From: Flavobacteriales bacterium
GTDB lineage: Bacteria > Bacteroidota > Bacteroidia > Palsa-965
DNA: 64,000 bases
Direction: 5' to 3'
Assembly: GCA_040377305.1 (NCBI GenBank)
Contig: JBEIPA010000004.1
Span: 96,001-160,000, forward strand
Shown: positions 8,547-17,049 of the stretch, piece by piece
How the letters are laid out: every line of letters begins with the position of its first letter
Numbering within the stretch: position 1 is the stretch's first letter
Position numbers and translations under genes: made by a program
Notes under the pieces: generated by a model
The model's database searches: none
What the model was told of the DNA's origin: nothing
Seen by the model: only the letters and a program-made list of their open reading frames with translations

Positions 8547-9349
8547 ACTGCCGGTACTTCAATTATTACTTCTGAATCTGATTGACCTTTTGTTAAGTAC
8601 TGAATAGTACCGTTTACGAGTTGCACCCGGCTTTGGATACTCTTCAACCCAACTCCTTTTTCGGATTGAGCGAGTTCTGTTGCCGCTTCATTCGATATCC
8701 CCAAGCCATTGTGGTGAATTCGCACACTGAGACTTGCATCTGTTGCACGAACAGAAACATCCAGTGCTCTCGCCTGCGAATGTTTCAGAATGTTGTTGAT
8801 TACTTCCCGCACAGCACGATACAATTGCAACTCCGACCGCGGATGTATACGACGGTCATTCGTGTCTAAATGAGTCTCCACTTTCACTTGTCCGGATGCA
8901 TTGATCTGTCTGCACAACTCGGTAATTCCTTTATCAAAACCCAGCTTCACCAGCGTAGGTGGCATGAGGTCATGTGCAATACCGCGAACAGTTTGTATGC
9001 TCTCGTCAATCATGGTTAAGCTTTCCTTCACGAGCTCTTCTGTCTTTGGAACATCTGCCGCATTGCGTGAAAGCTTCGTCATCTGCAGGCGGATTACATT
9101 CAGTAGCGTGCCTACATCGTCGTGAATATTCTTTGCAATTTTTTCACGCTCCTGTTCGGCCACTTCCATCGATGCATCCAGCAATTCTTTCTGGTGACGG
9201 TTTTCTGCCGCCTGAATCTCGTTTTGTTGCGCGAGTACTTTGCGTTGGTACAGGGCCACGAACATGATGATCGACACAACGAGTGTCAACATTGCGACGG
9301 TGCCGATGGCAACCAACATCACTACTGGTATTGTTTCCTGGCTTTCCAA
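8528..9349 (-). CDS. Sensor histidine kinase (HisKA_3) with a single N-terminal TM helix
   Basis: H-box EREKIAKNIHDDVG, N-box EVINNILKHS, G2 GVGLKSI. Start uncertain (TTG at 9349 or ATG at 9319). Confidence 0.9.
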   Translation of the reverse strand: MESQETIPVVMLVAIGTVAMLTLVVSIIMFVALYQRKVLAQQNEIQAAENRHQKELLDASMEVAEQEREKIAKNIHDDVGTLLNVIRLQMTKLSRNAADVPKTEELVKESLTMIDESIQTVRGIAHDLMPPTLVKLGFDKGITELCRQINASGQVKVETHLDTNDRRIHPRSELQLYRAVREVINNILKHSQARALDVSVRATDASLSVRIHHNGLGISNEAATELAQSEKGVGLKSIQSRVQLVNGTIQYLTKGQSDSEVIIEVPAVWQSST

Positions 9350-9912
9350 AATGCTATTGTCAATATGACTGAATAAGACATTCTCAATACCGCGTGCATC
9401 ATCCAAAGGCTATTGAATAAGTCCCGTGAAATTCTGCTTGCATAATTTACTGAACTGAAAACAAAGATAGCGCCCCCAAAGTAAATCAGGATAGCGCTCA
9501 GAATCCAGAAATTAGGAGTAGAAGTCAGCGATGTGAATTTCATGTCTGTCATGAAATGATAGAACGCCATCACAGAGTACGTTACAAAAACGGCCGATTC
9601 ACAAACCAATACCAGATTGTCAAAAGAGATAGTATTTCCTGAGAATTTAAAATCCGCAACAACTATCAACGGAAAGAGGATCATCAACGAAATAATGATT
9701 CTTGAAAAGTATCTTCTTTGTGACAGGAAGAGAAAAAACAAACTTGTGAGTTCAAATTCCAGGAACGAGTAGATCCTTGTTACTACCGTGCCAACTGCTG
9801 GTGTTTTAAAATTCAATATGGACAAATCGGAACACGCTGAAACCAATGTTAGAAGAATGATCACTTTTATTCCTCGGCTGCATTTTCCAAAAACGAACAT
9901 TCCCAACGCCAA
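9322..9912 (-). CDS. Multi-pass (about 6-7 TM) membrane protein, putative sensor partner of the kinase; natural start may be 9973 via a frameshift
   Basis: Successive hydrophobic helices; overlaps or abuts the kinase start. Confidence 0.75.
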   Translation of the reverse strand: MALGMFVFGKCSRGIKVIILLTLVSACSDLSILNFKTPAVGTVVTRIYSFLEFELTSLFFLFLSQRRYFSRIIISLMILFPLIVVADFKFSGNTISFDNLVLVCESAVFVTYSVMAFYHFMTDMKFTSLTSTPNFWILSAILIYFGGAIFVFSSVNYASRISRDLFNSLWMMHAVLRMSYSVILTIAFWKARKQYQ

Positions 9913-10025
9913 AGGAATGAGTGTCGCAAACGTGCTTATTCTCTGAAATATTTCACTCCAATCCTAACTCCATTAGTGGTATTAACGTTATTAACGCGAA
10001 GATACAGCCCTATTATAGATAGAAC

Positions 10026-10059
10026 AATCACAGGAGAGTGTTAGCCCTCTCCCGTGATT
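10026..10059 (-). terminator. Stem-loop after the CPxxC protein gene (weak terminator or mRNA stabiliser)
   Basis: AATCACAGGAGAG...CTCTCCCGTGATT with a weak U-tract. Confidence 0.55.
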
Positions 10060-10066
10060 AGTTCAA

Positions 10067-10378
10067 TTATAACGGACTTCCGTTGGTGTCACAATATGTC
10101 GGACAGCCCATGCTACGGTCACCAATAATTCCTCCGGTCATGTCATTGCCCTCTGCATTTACACCCACAAATACAAGTTGTTTATTCCCGTCTGTGTCTT
10201 CTGCGTAATATGCGCGTATGCCTACACAACCTGTTTGCGCAAGAATGCTGGAGATAATTGCTTTTCCGATATACTGCGCACGATAACCATATGCATGATC
10301 ACCGTTTCTATAGTTAGCAGTCATTGCAGCTGCTTCTTCAAGGGAAATCTGCTCCCCTTCCTTACCGTCAAATGCCAT
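10067..10378 (-). CDS. Small hypothetical protein with C-terminal CPxxC motif
   Basis: 103 aa; I recognise the pattern ISLEEA..MTANYR / GIRAYY / LVFVGV..GND / CPTYC from Bacteroidota two-component loci; no signal peptide. Confidence 0.85.
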   Translation of the reverse strand: MAFDGKEGEQISLEEAAAMTANYRNGDHAYGYRAQYIGKAIISSILAQTGCVGIRAYYAEDTDGNKQLVFVGVNAEGNDMTGGIIGDRSMGCPTYCDTNGSPL

Positions 10379-10507
10379 AAATTTTTTGTTTTAGGTGGTT
10401 GTTAACTGATTTTCTTAAAAATAAGGAAACGCTAGTAACGATAATCGAATCACGACGAAATGGTGTTTTCGTACTGACTTTATTCTCAGTGTTTTAATAA
10501 AAAAACA

Positions 10508-10581
10508 GGGGTAAACACCCCCGTATTTCTACGGTAAAAAACCCGTAGTAATACGGTAGAAAAAATCAGGTAGTAATACCC
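10508..10581. promoter_or_regulatory. Array of 14-bp palindromic operator-like sites (CCGTA-N4-TACGG)
   Basis: CCGTATTTCTACGG at 10521, CCGTAGTAATACGG at 10543, AGGTAGTAATACCC at 10568, plus GGGGTAAACACCCC at 10508. Confidence 0.7.
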
Positions 10582-10661
10582 TTGTACCTGCAGTGGCTGC
10601 GGAAGTATTTTTGAATCCAACGTTTGTGTGCACGACCCCATTCAGCAAACACAGAACAGGC

Positions 10662-10856
10662 ATGGAGAGCAACGATCATTTGCGCGGACAGTACATCAAC
10701 ATCAAAGAAGAACGCGAGTTACTGTATTGGTCGTACATGCTCGAGTGCGAAAAAGAAGATGTGGTGAAAGCTGTAATTAAAATCGGAACAAGTGCGAAGA
10801 TGGTCGACGACTATCTCTACATGAACCGGAGAAAACTTTCTTCAAATGGCCAATAA
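10662..10856 (+). CDS. DUF3606-like small protein
   Basis: Pattern INIKEERELLYW...VVKAVIKIGTS..VDDYL; start reassigned to ATG 10662. Confidence 0.7.
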   Translation: MESNDHLRGQYINIKEERELLYWSYMLECEKEDVVKAVIKIGTSAKMVDDYLYMNRRKLSSNGQ

Positions 10857-11190
10857 AACCGCTGCTGGAAACCCGTTCAGCGACGATGTGATTCAAAAAA
10901 TCTGGGAGAAAGCGCAACCCGTTCCCGGCGAAGATCCTGCGCGCATCCGTCGCGATATCTGCGGAGCAATTATTCACCGCGAAGATTTTAATAAAGCCGT
11001 AAAAGCACTTTCCTTCGGCTGGGAAATTGATCACATCAAACCTATTTCAAAAGGTGGCAGCGACGATTACCACAACCTTCAGCCACTGCAATGGGAAAAC
11101 AATCGAGGCAAAGGAGATGAGCATCCTTCGTGGAATTGTAGAGTGGGAAGCGCGTTGAAGGTGAATGGTTATTTGAAAAACGAACTCTAG
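10846..11190 (+). CDS. HNH endonuclease family protein
   Basis: WEIDHIKPISKGGSDDYHNLQPLQWENNRGK HNH motif. Confidence 0.9.
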   Translation: MANKTAAGNPFSDDVIQKIWEKAQPVPGEDPARIRRDICGAIIHREDFNKAVKALSFGWEIDHIKPISKGGSDDYHNLQPLQWENNRGKGDEHPSWNCRVGSALKVNGYLKNEL

Positions 11191-11444
11191 TCTAGATCGA
11201 TAAGATCGCGAAGTTTCACATCCAGAACCTTTGAAATAGCATAAAGAGTTGTAATTGTAGGGCTCTGTAGCCCTCGTTCAATACGGCCGATATATTCGCC
11301 ATGCACCCCACATTCGAATCCGAGTTGCGCCTGAGAAATATTCTGTGCGATTCGGGCCGAACGAATACGTTGACCTAAATCTTTCAGAAGTTTTTTGCTA
11401 GCTCGAGCACTCACGAACGAAAAGTGCAACGGATCAGAAAACAT
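11187..11444 (-). CDS. XRE (Cro/C1) HTH transcriptional regulator
   Basis: LGQRIRSARIAQNISQAQLG...YIGRIERGLQSPTITTL. Confidence 0.9.
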   Translation of the reverse strand: MFSDPLHFSFVSARASKKLLKDLGQRIRSARIAQNISQAQLGFECGVHGEYIGRIERGLQSPTITTLYAISKVLDVKLRDLIDLD

Positions 11445-11447
11445 ATT

Positions 11448-11463
11448 CCAACCTATAGGTTGG
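11448..11463. promoter_or_regulatory. Perfect 16-bp palindrome, probable XRE operator
   Basis: CCAACCTATAGGTTGG lies between the divergent xre and T9SS genes. Confidence 0.6.
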
Positions 11464-11536
11464 CTGCGCGCATTTTACCTTATAATTCGAAAGAACGATT
11501 CTTGAATATAATTCATTGAAAACTTAACTCTGCTGC

Positions 11537-14500
11537 ATGAAGTCAATCAGAAACATTTTCTTCGTTACTCCCGTTTTGTTTTGCCTGTCAACGAAAGCAC
11601 AAAACGTTTATGACACCTATAATCCAATTGTAGATTCCATTGTCACAACATATGGCGAAGACTCAAACTACTACGCATTTACCGGAGAGTATCAAATCTT
11701 TAGTAATCTATTAGAGTCTTGGGAGGCAGCTTCATCTTTAGGATACTCTATCTCATACAAAATTGAGCCGGTTTCTTTTCCTTTCACTCCGGATTGCTCA
11801 AATGGTGATTGCGGAAATAGTTCGAGCTCCACTAGAGATTTAGTACTGATCGGCAGCTACGTCTATGGTGATTACAATTTCCATCGTGCTTTGGATACAA
11901 TGTCTAGTTATTCCACGTTGCTTAGTAACAAATTCACAAATACAGCCCCTCCTGGGGGTATGCGAGACTTCATTCCACATACAGTACTAAAGCACACATT
12001 GTTTTTACACTTCGGAGCCTCCGTTAACAGTCCTGTTGTAGATTCTTTTGTGTTTCTGCTCGATCATACTAGAGGTTTTATGTCCGAATATCCCTTTCGC
12101 AATGACAACGATGAATCGGACCCGGCAGAGCATGACGTTACAATTTTTCCATGGTTCATCTATACTCACAACGATTCCTTTCTAACCGTTCCAAACCAAG
12201 GAACCAATTTCATGAATACGGTAGATTACTTTCCTTTTCCGGACGCACATTATTTTCCCGATAGTCTTATTCCCGCTTGGTTGATGGTACCACAGCCAAA
12301 TACACCTAATATTTATCTAGCGCCTGAATATTTCTTGCATCCATCACCATATTCTCTCGTCGGTGTATTGGTGGCAAATTACGCGTGGGATCCTTTTGCT
12401 GGCTTGCAAAGTCAGGTGGTGATGGGCCATGCACCTCATACCTATTACATCGATACCGCAATGGATTTGACGACAATCAATCCAAGAGAAAGAATTATCT
12501 ACAACCCTTCGGCGGTCTACATCACTGCTGCTGATCCGATCGTATTTCCGAGTGGTTACACTTTCATGACAGTGGGCGGAAAATATCCTACCAAAATTCA
12601 AGTGGAAGCAATTGACTCAGACACCATGTATGCCGATCTACGCGAAGTGCCAGTCATAGGTGCGGCTTTGAATCTTACCGATAATCCGAATACTACAGCT
12701 GTCGACAGTATGTCCTATTATTATGTCACTGCTGGATGCACTCTGAGAATCGAGCCATGTGTAACAATATATGATGCGACAATTGTAGTGCAAACAGGTG
12801 GGAGAATTGAACTCGATACTAATGGCGTAGGCGGCAACTATATTCTTCTCGTTGATTCTGGCGGTGTGTTAGTTCAACAGAACTCGAATCCTAGTGTTCC
12901 TTGCAGTTATATGTGCTTTGAGTCTTCGCACTATAATCAACGACATGTAACAATTAGTTCGAATACAACTTGGGATACAACAAATGTGGAGTCAGCCTTT
13001 CCAGGAAGCGCGATGTGGTCTGCAGCAACGAATAACACTGTGAAATTCGTAGAAGGAATTACCATTGACTCGGGCATCACATTAACAATTGGAGCGGGGG
13101 TAAATTTGCTTTTCGGTCCGAACGGTAAAGTCATTGTGAAAAAAGGCGGACGTCTTATTGTAAATGGAACTGCGACGGACAGTTGTCTCTTTGGACCAGC
13201 CTGTCAGTTGGAATGGAATGGAATAGAGGTGTGGGGAGATTCGGCAATCACCCAATTCGTTGGAACTGGCTATACGCTTCAAGGCTATCTCGATATGGAT
13301 TATTGTGTAGTTGAACATGCGAGAACTGCTGTGACATTAGGAAAGCCAGGAACACTTGAAAACAACGGTGGCGTAATTAAAGCATATCATTGTTCTTTTC
13401 TGAATAATGTGCACGATGTAGTATTTCAGCCCTACCGCAATTTCGTGAACACGGGTCCATATTATCCGACTGCATATAATATCAGTTTACTCAGTGCTTC
13501 TGAATTCCGAACAACGGAATATTTCTTTGACGCAAGTCTCAATCTGGACGTTGACGATGGACCATCCTCAGCATCTTCTCACATTGTTCCGGATGGAGTA
13601 AAAGTGCGGCACATCGCAAGTTGTACATTTGCTAATGATACCCCTAATAACTACGCTCCTCATTTGCGTGGAACTGGGATTTCGGGTTTTGAAAGTGGGT
13701 TATTGTTGCAGTCTCAAAATCCAAATCGCTTCGAAGGTCTTTCGGATGGAGTTTGGATGAAAGGTGTAGGGACATCTGCTTATGCGATGAATTTATCTGC
13801 TCAAACATTTAAGAATAACATTCATGCTATCGTTTGTGAAGGCACTCGTTTCAGTGCGATCTTGGCAGATACGATTGATGTTCCTGAATCTCCACAGTAT
13901 GGGTATGATTCTTTGGATCTCGAGTTAGGTTACGATAAGCCCGTTGGTGTTTTTATGATTGGCTCAATTGATTACAGAATTGAGGACAATCAATTTAATG
14001 TCGGGGATACAACGACTCAAATCACACCGATGGCTTCGTGCAAAGACTGCTCGTATAACATTGTAATATACAACACCGCGTGGCCAACACCTGCCAATAC
14101 CGGAAATGGCACAATCTACAACAACAACATTCATCATGCGAGTATTGGAATTCAGGCACAAGGAAACAATGGAGTGGGTGGTTTCGGAAATGATGGGGCG
14201 GAATTTATTTGTAACGATTTTGAAGAGAGCGAATTTTTCGACTTCCTTCTAATAGGTCGCGGGTGGATGCCCTCTGCACCCGCCGTGCAATCAACAATTC
14301 GCGATCAGGGAAACTGCGACCCCAACGCTCCGCATTTGAAAGCTACAAATTACTATGATGGTTGTGACTTTCCATCCGATAGTCAAGCACATTATTTTTA
14401 TGCGACCTCATCTTCATTTGTCTATAATGATCTTTCCGTAACTTCTCCTGCGTGCCATAATATTGGTCTAGTCTACTGCAACCCACTAGAAAATCCTAAT

Positions 14501-15628
14501 CCATGTGGATCTCATCTCACGGGACTGTATTGGGCTCCGATTCTTACCAAATACAATACTGCTACAACTGCACATGAGAATGCACGACACCTATTAGACT
14601 CGCTTGTTGATGGAGGCAGTACAGAGGATGCTCTCGATTTGATCAAAGATAAATCCGGGAGTGATCTTTATGATGAACTAGAGAAACTTTCACCGTGGCT
14701 GTCTGACATTGTCCTGCTGGATCTATTGGAGGAGCATAACAGAAGCAAACTTAATGAGGAGCAACTAGTCGCAATTCTTCTGCTGAATGGACGATTGTCT
14801 CAAGTGGTTTACGATGCTGCCATAAATACATCGCCGGAACTTGCCGGTGCATCAATCGATGCACTTACTGCAAATCAAGAAAATATCGGTGCACGTGAAT
14901 TGAAAGAAAGAGAATGGCACACTATGTTGTTTGAAGCAGACAAGGAGGCGACTGTAATAGTCGAATATGCATTGAGCTCGGACTCAATTGTAGAAGGCGC
15001 CAATGCATTAAGACACGCTGAACCAATTCCGGAAATGCAAAAATTATTTACGTTGCAGTTGGCTGCGTGCCGATTTGATGCCGCACGAGGAACCTTAGAT
15101 TCAATCTTTATAAAACAGGGAAATGTAGAAACATTCTGGACTGTGTTGGCGAGTATATCAATAGTTCAGGCTGAAGAGAATCGGAGTTGGAGCAGTGCGA
15201 CTATTGAAGAAATTCAAGTAGCAGATAGTATTTGGGGTGAATACGGTGAAGAATTTATTGGCGCAAGAGTCGCTGTATCACGATACACCAAGCAAGGATT
15301 TCTGCGATCTCCGTTTGACCTGGAGTCCAGTTCGGAGCGTCGGGCTAACCCAGATTCAGACGCGCCTTTACTTACGCAAAGCACAACTATGAATGTGTTC
15401 CCCAACCCGGCAACGCATTCAGCGACGATAACAATTAATGGAGCTTCGAATCTGACAGGTTATCTGGAAGTCGTTAATTCCGTTGGACAGACGGTAAATC
15501 GCATATCATTAGCGCAGGGCAGCCAGATTACGATCAATCTGGACGAATATCCGTCAGGCATTTTGTACCTTAGACTAGTCAGCGAAGGGGAGTGTTTAGA
15601 TACCGAAAAGTTGATAATAATGCGATGA
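11537..15628 (+). CDS. Large T9SS-secreted protein with probable beta-helix region
   Basis: Signal peptide; WNGIEVWG and parallel-beta-helix-like repeats; CTD VFPNPA...GILYLRL...KLIIMR. Confidence 0.85.
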   Translation: MKSIRNIFFVTPVLFCLSTKAQNVYDTYNPIVDSIVTTYGEDSNYYAFTGEYQIFSNLLESWEAASSLGYSISYKIEPVSFPFTPDCSNGDCGNSSSSTRDLVLIGSYVYGDYNFHRALDTMSSYSTLLSNKFTNTAPPGGMRDFIPHTVLKHTLFLHFGASVNSPVVDSFVFLLDHTRGFMSEYPFRNDNDESDPAEHDVTIFPWFIYTHNDSFLTVPNQGTNFMNTVDYFPFPDAHYFPDSLIPAWLMVPQPNTPNIYLAPEYFLHPSPYSLVGVLVANYAWDPFAGLQSQVVMGHAPHTYYIDTAMDLTTINPRERIIYNPSAVYITAADPIVFPSGYTFMTVGGKYPTKIQVEAIDSDTMYADLREVPVIGAALNLTDNPNTTAVDSMSYYYVTAGCTLRIEPCVTIYDATIVVQTGGRIELDTNGVGGNYILLVDSGGVLVQQNSNPSVPCSYMCFESSHYNQRHVTISSNTTWDTTNVESAFPGSAMWSAATNNTVKFVEGITIDSGITLTIGAGVNLLFGPNGKVIVKKGGRLIVNGTATDSCLFGPACQLEWNGIEVWGDSAITQFVGTGYTLQGYLDMDYCVVEHARTAVTLGKPGTLENNGGVIKAYHCSFLNNVHDVVFQPYRNFVNTGPYYPTAYNISLLSASEFRTTEYFFDASLNLDVDDGPSSASSHIVPDGVKVRHIASCTFANDTPNNYAPHLRGTGISGFESGLLLQSQNPNRFEGLSDGVWMKGVGTSAYAMNLSAQTFKNNIHAIVCEGTRFSAILADTIDVPESPQYGYDSLDLELGYDKPVGVFMIGSIDYRIEDNQFNVGDTTTQITPMASCKDCSYNIVIYNTAWPTPANTGNGTIYNNNIHHASIGIQAQGNNGVGGFGNDGAEFICNDFEESEFFDFLLIGRGWMPSAPAVQSTIRDQGNCDPNAPHLKATNYYDGCDFPSDSQAHYFYATSSSFVYNDLSVTSPACHNIGLVYCNPLENPNPCGSHLTGLYWAPILTKYNTATTAHENARHLLDSLVDGGSTEDALDLIKDKSGSDLYDELEKLSPWLSDIVLLDLLEEHNRSKLNEEQLVAILLLNGRLSQVVYDAAINTSPELAGASIDALTANQENIGARELKEREWHTMLFEADKEATVIVEYALSSDSIVEGANALRHAEPIPEMQKLFTLQLAACRFDAARGTLDSIFIKQGNVETFWTVLASISIVQAEENRSWSSATIEEIQVADSIWGEYGEEFIGARVAVSRYTKQGFLRSPFDLESSSERRANPDSDAPLLTQSTTMNVFPNPATHSATITINGASNLTGYLEVVNSVGQTVNRISLAQGSQITINLDEYPSGILYLRLVSEGECLDTEKLIIMR

Positions 15629-17049
15629 GGAAATTTGCACTTGTTATTGTTGTAAATCTGTTGTGCGAAATAGCTCCTGCACAACAGATTTATTTTAATA
15701 ATTTCTATGATGTCGCTGGTTTTCCTAATTACACGAGTAGTGTTATTCAAAAACCCGATAGCGGATTTATTTTTATAAACACAGATATTGGACCAATTCA
15801 GAAAGGGTATGTTATTACGGGCACTGACAAGTTTGGCGATACTATTTTTACTAAGCCCTACTATTACACGAACCTTGTCGTTACTACCGGATCAACGCAT
15901 TCTTTAATCCCAACACAGGATGGGAACTATTTGGTTTCGGGAACAGGGATCGATACAGCCAATGTGCGTGACGGTTGGTTAATAAAATTTACTCCGGCGG
16001 GTGACACACTTTGGACAAGTCGGTATGGGGGAGCAGCAGGGGATTATATTAATTCGATTTATGAGGATTCACAAGGAGACATTTGGGGATGTGGTTCTAC
16101 TTCGAGTTGGGGGAATGGGTTAAGCGATTTTTGGTTAATGCGCTTCGATTCCAATGGAATTCTACTTTGGGACACAACTTTTGGCACACCTCAAAACGAA
16201 GGATGTGTAAGCGGAGAACTGACTGCTGACGGTGGAATAATTATGGCGGGCAGAACTGACGGAATTCCGTATGTCGTTAAGGTTAATGCCAGCGGACAGG
16301 TTGATTGGCAGTATGCTTATTCTAATTATAATGGTTACGGCTATGTTTCGGCCGCACCTGATTCTGGATATATTATTGCTTGTGGTAAAATTATCTCTGC
16401 AAATGAAGAGCAAGGTGTCATATTAAAACTGAACTCCAATGGTGTTGAATTGTGGAATAGATATGTTGGCTTCGCAAACACGGGTGAAGGATTGTCTGCT
16501 AAACCAATAGTAACCGCGAATAGTATAGTAGTAAGTGGAGTTAGCGCTCCAGTTAGTGGGTACTATAGAGGATTCTTAGCTAAAACAGACATTTTCGGAT
16601 TCATGCTCTGGCAAAGAGCTTACACTCTAGACAGCACTCACAATCACTATGTGTATGAATGTTTGGCGACTTCTGATAGTGGTTATTTACTAGCCGGTTC
16701 AACTTTTCAGACCACTCAAAATGCCTGGCTAGTGAAAGTAGATAGTATGGGATGTGAAGTTGCTGGGTGCGATGCCGTGAATATCAACGAACAACAGGCG
16801 GAACAAGCGATTCGTGTCTATCCAAATCCCGCAAGGGAATATGTTTCAGTTGCATTTTTGGGAGACCACATCGGCGCTACGCGTCTAGAGATTTTCAATT
16901 CAGAAGGAAAACTAGTTGATTGTGCTTTCTTCGATGGGCTCCGTTTGCTTACTATTTCAACTACGGAATATGCTGAGGGAATCTATTTTTTACGGGTGAT
17001 GCGAGAAGGAGAATGCATTGATTCGCAAAAACTGGTCGTAATTAGGTGA
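15625..17049 (+). CDS. T9SS-secreted beta-propeller-like protein (paralog 1)
   Basis: Repeats of type WLIKF..GDTLWT; CTD VYPNPA; ATGA overlap with the upstream stop. Confidence 0.85.
   Translation: MRKFALVIVVNLLCEIAPAQQIYFNNFYDVAGFPNYTSSVIQKPDSGFIFINTDIGPIQKGYVITGTDKFGDTIFTKPYYYTNLVVTTGSTHSLIPTQDGNYLVSGTGIDTANVRDGWLIKFTPAGDTLWTSRYGGAAGDYINSIYEDSQGDIWGCGSTSSWGNGLSDFWLMRFDSNGILLWDTTFGTPQNEGCVSGELTADGGIIMAGRTDGIPYVVKVNASGQVDWQYAYSNYNGYGYVSAAPDSGYIIACGKIISANEEQGVILKLNSNGVELWNRYVGFANTGEGLSAKPIVTANSIVVSGVSAPVSGYYRGFLAKTDIFGFMLWQRAYTLDSTHNHYVYECLATSDSGYLLAGSTFQTTQNAWLVKVDSMGCEVAGCDAVNINEQQAEQAIRVYPNPAREYVSVAFLGDHIGATRLEIFNSEGKLVDCAFFDGLRLLTISTTEYAEGIYFLRVMREGECIDSQKLVVIR

Noticed and set aside
9350-9406. 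N-terminal extension of the histidine kinase in the ORF track
   Set aside because: It overlaps deep into the upstream membrane gene. A start at 9349 or 9319 is more plausible.
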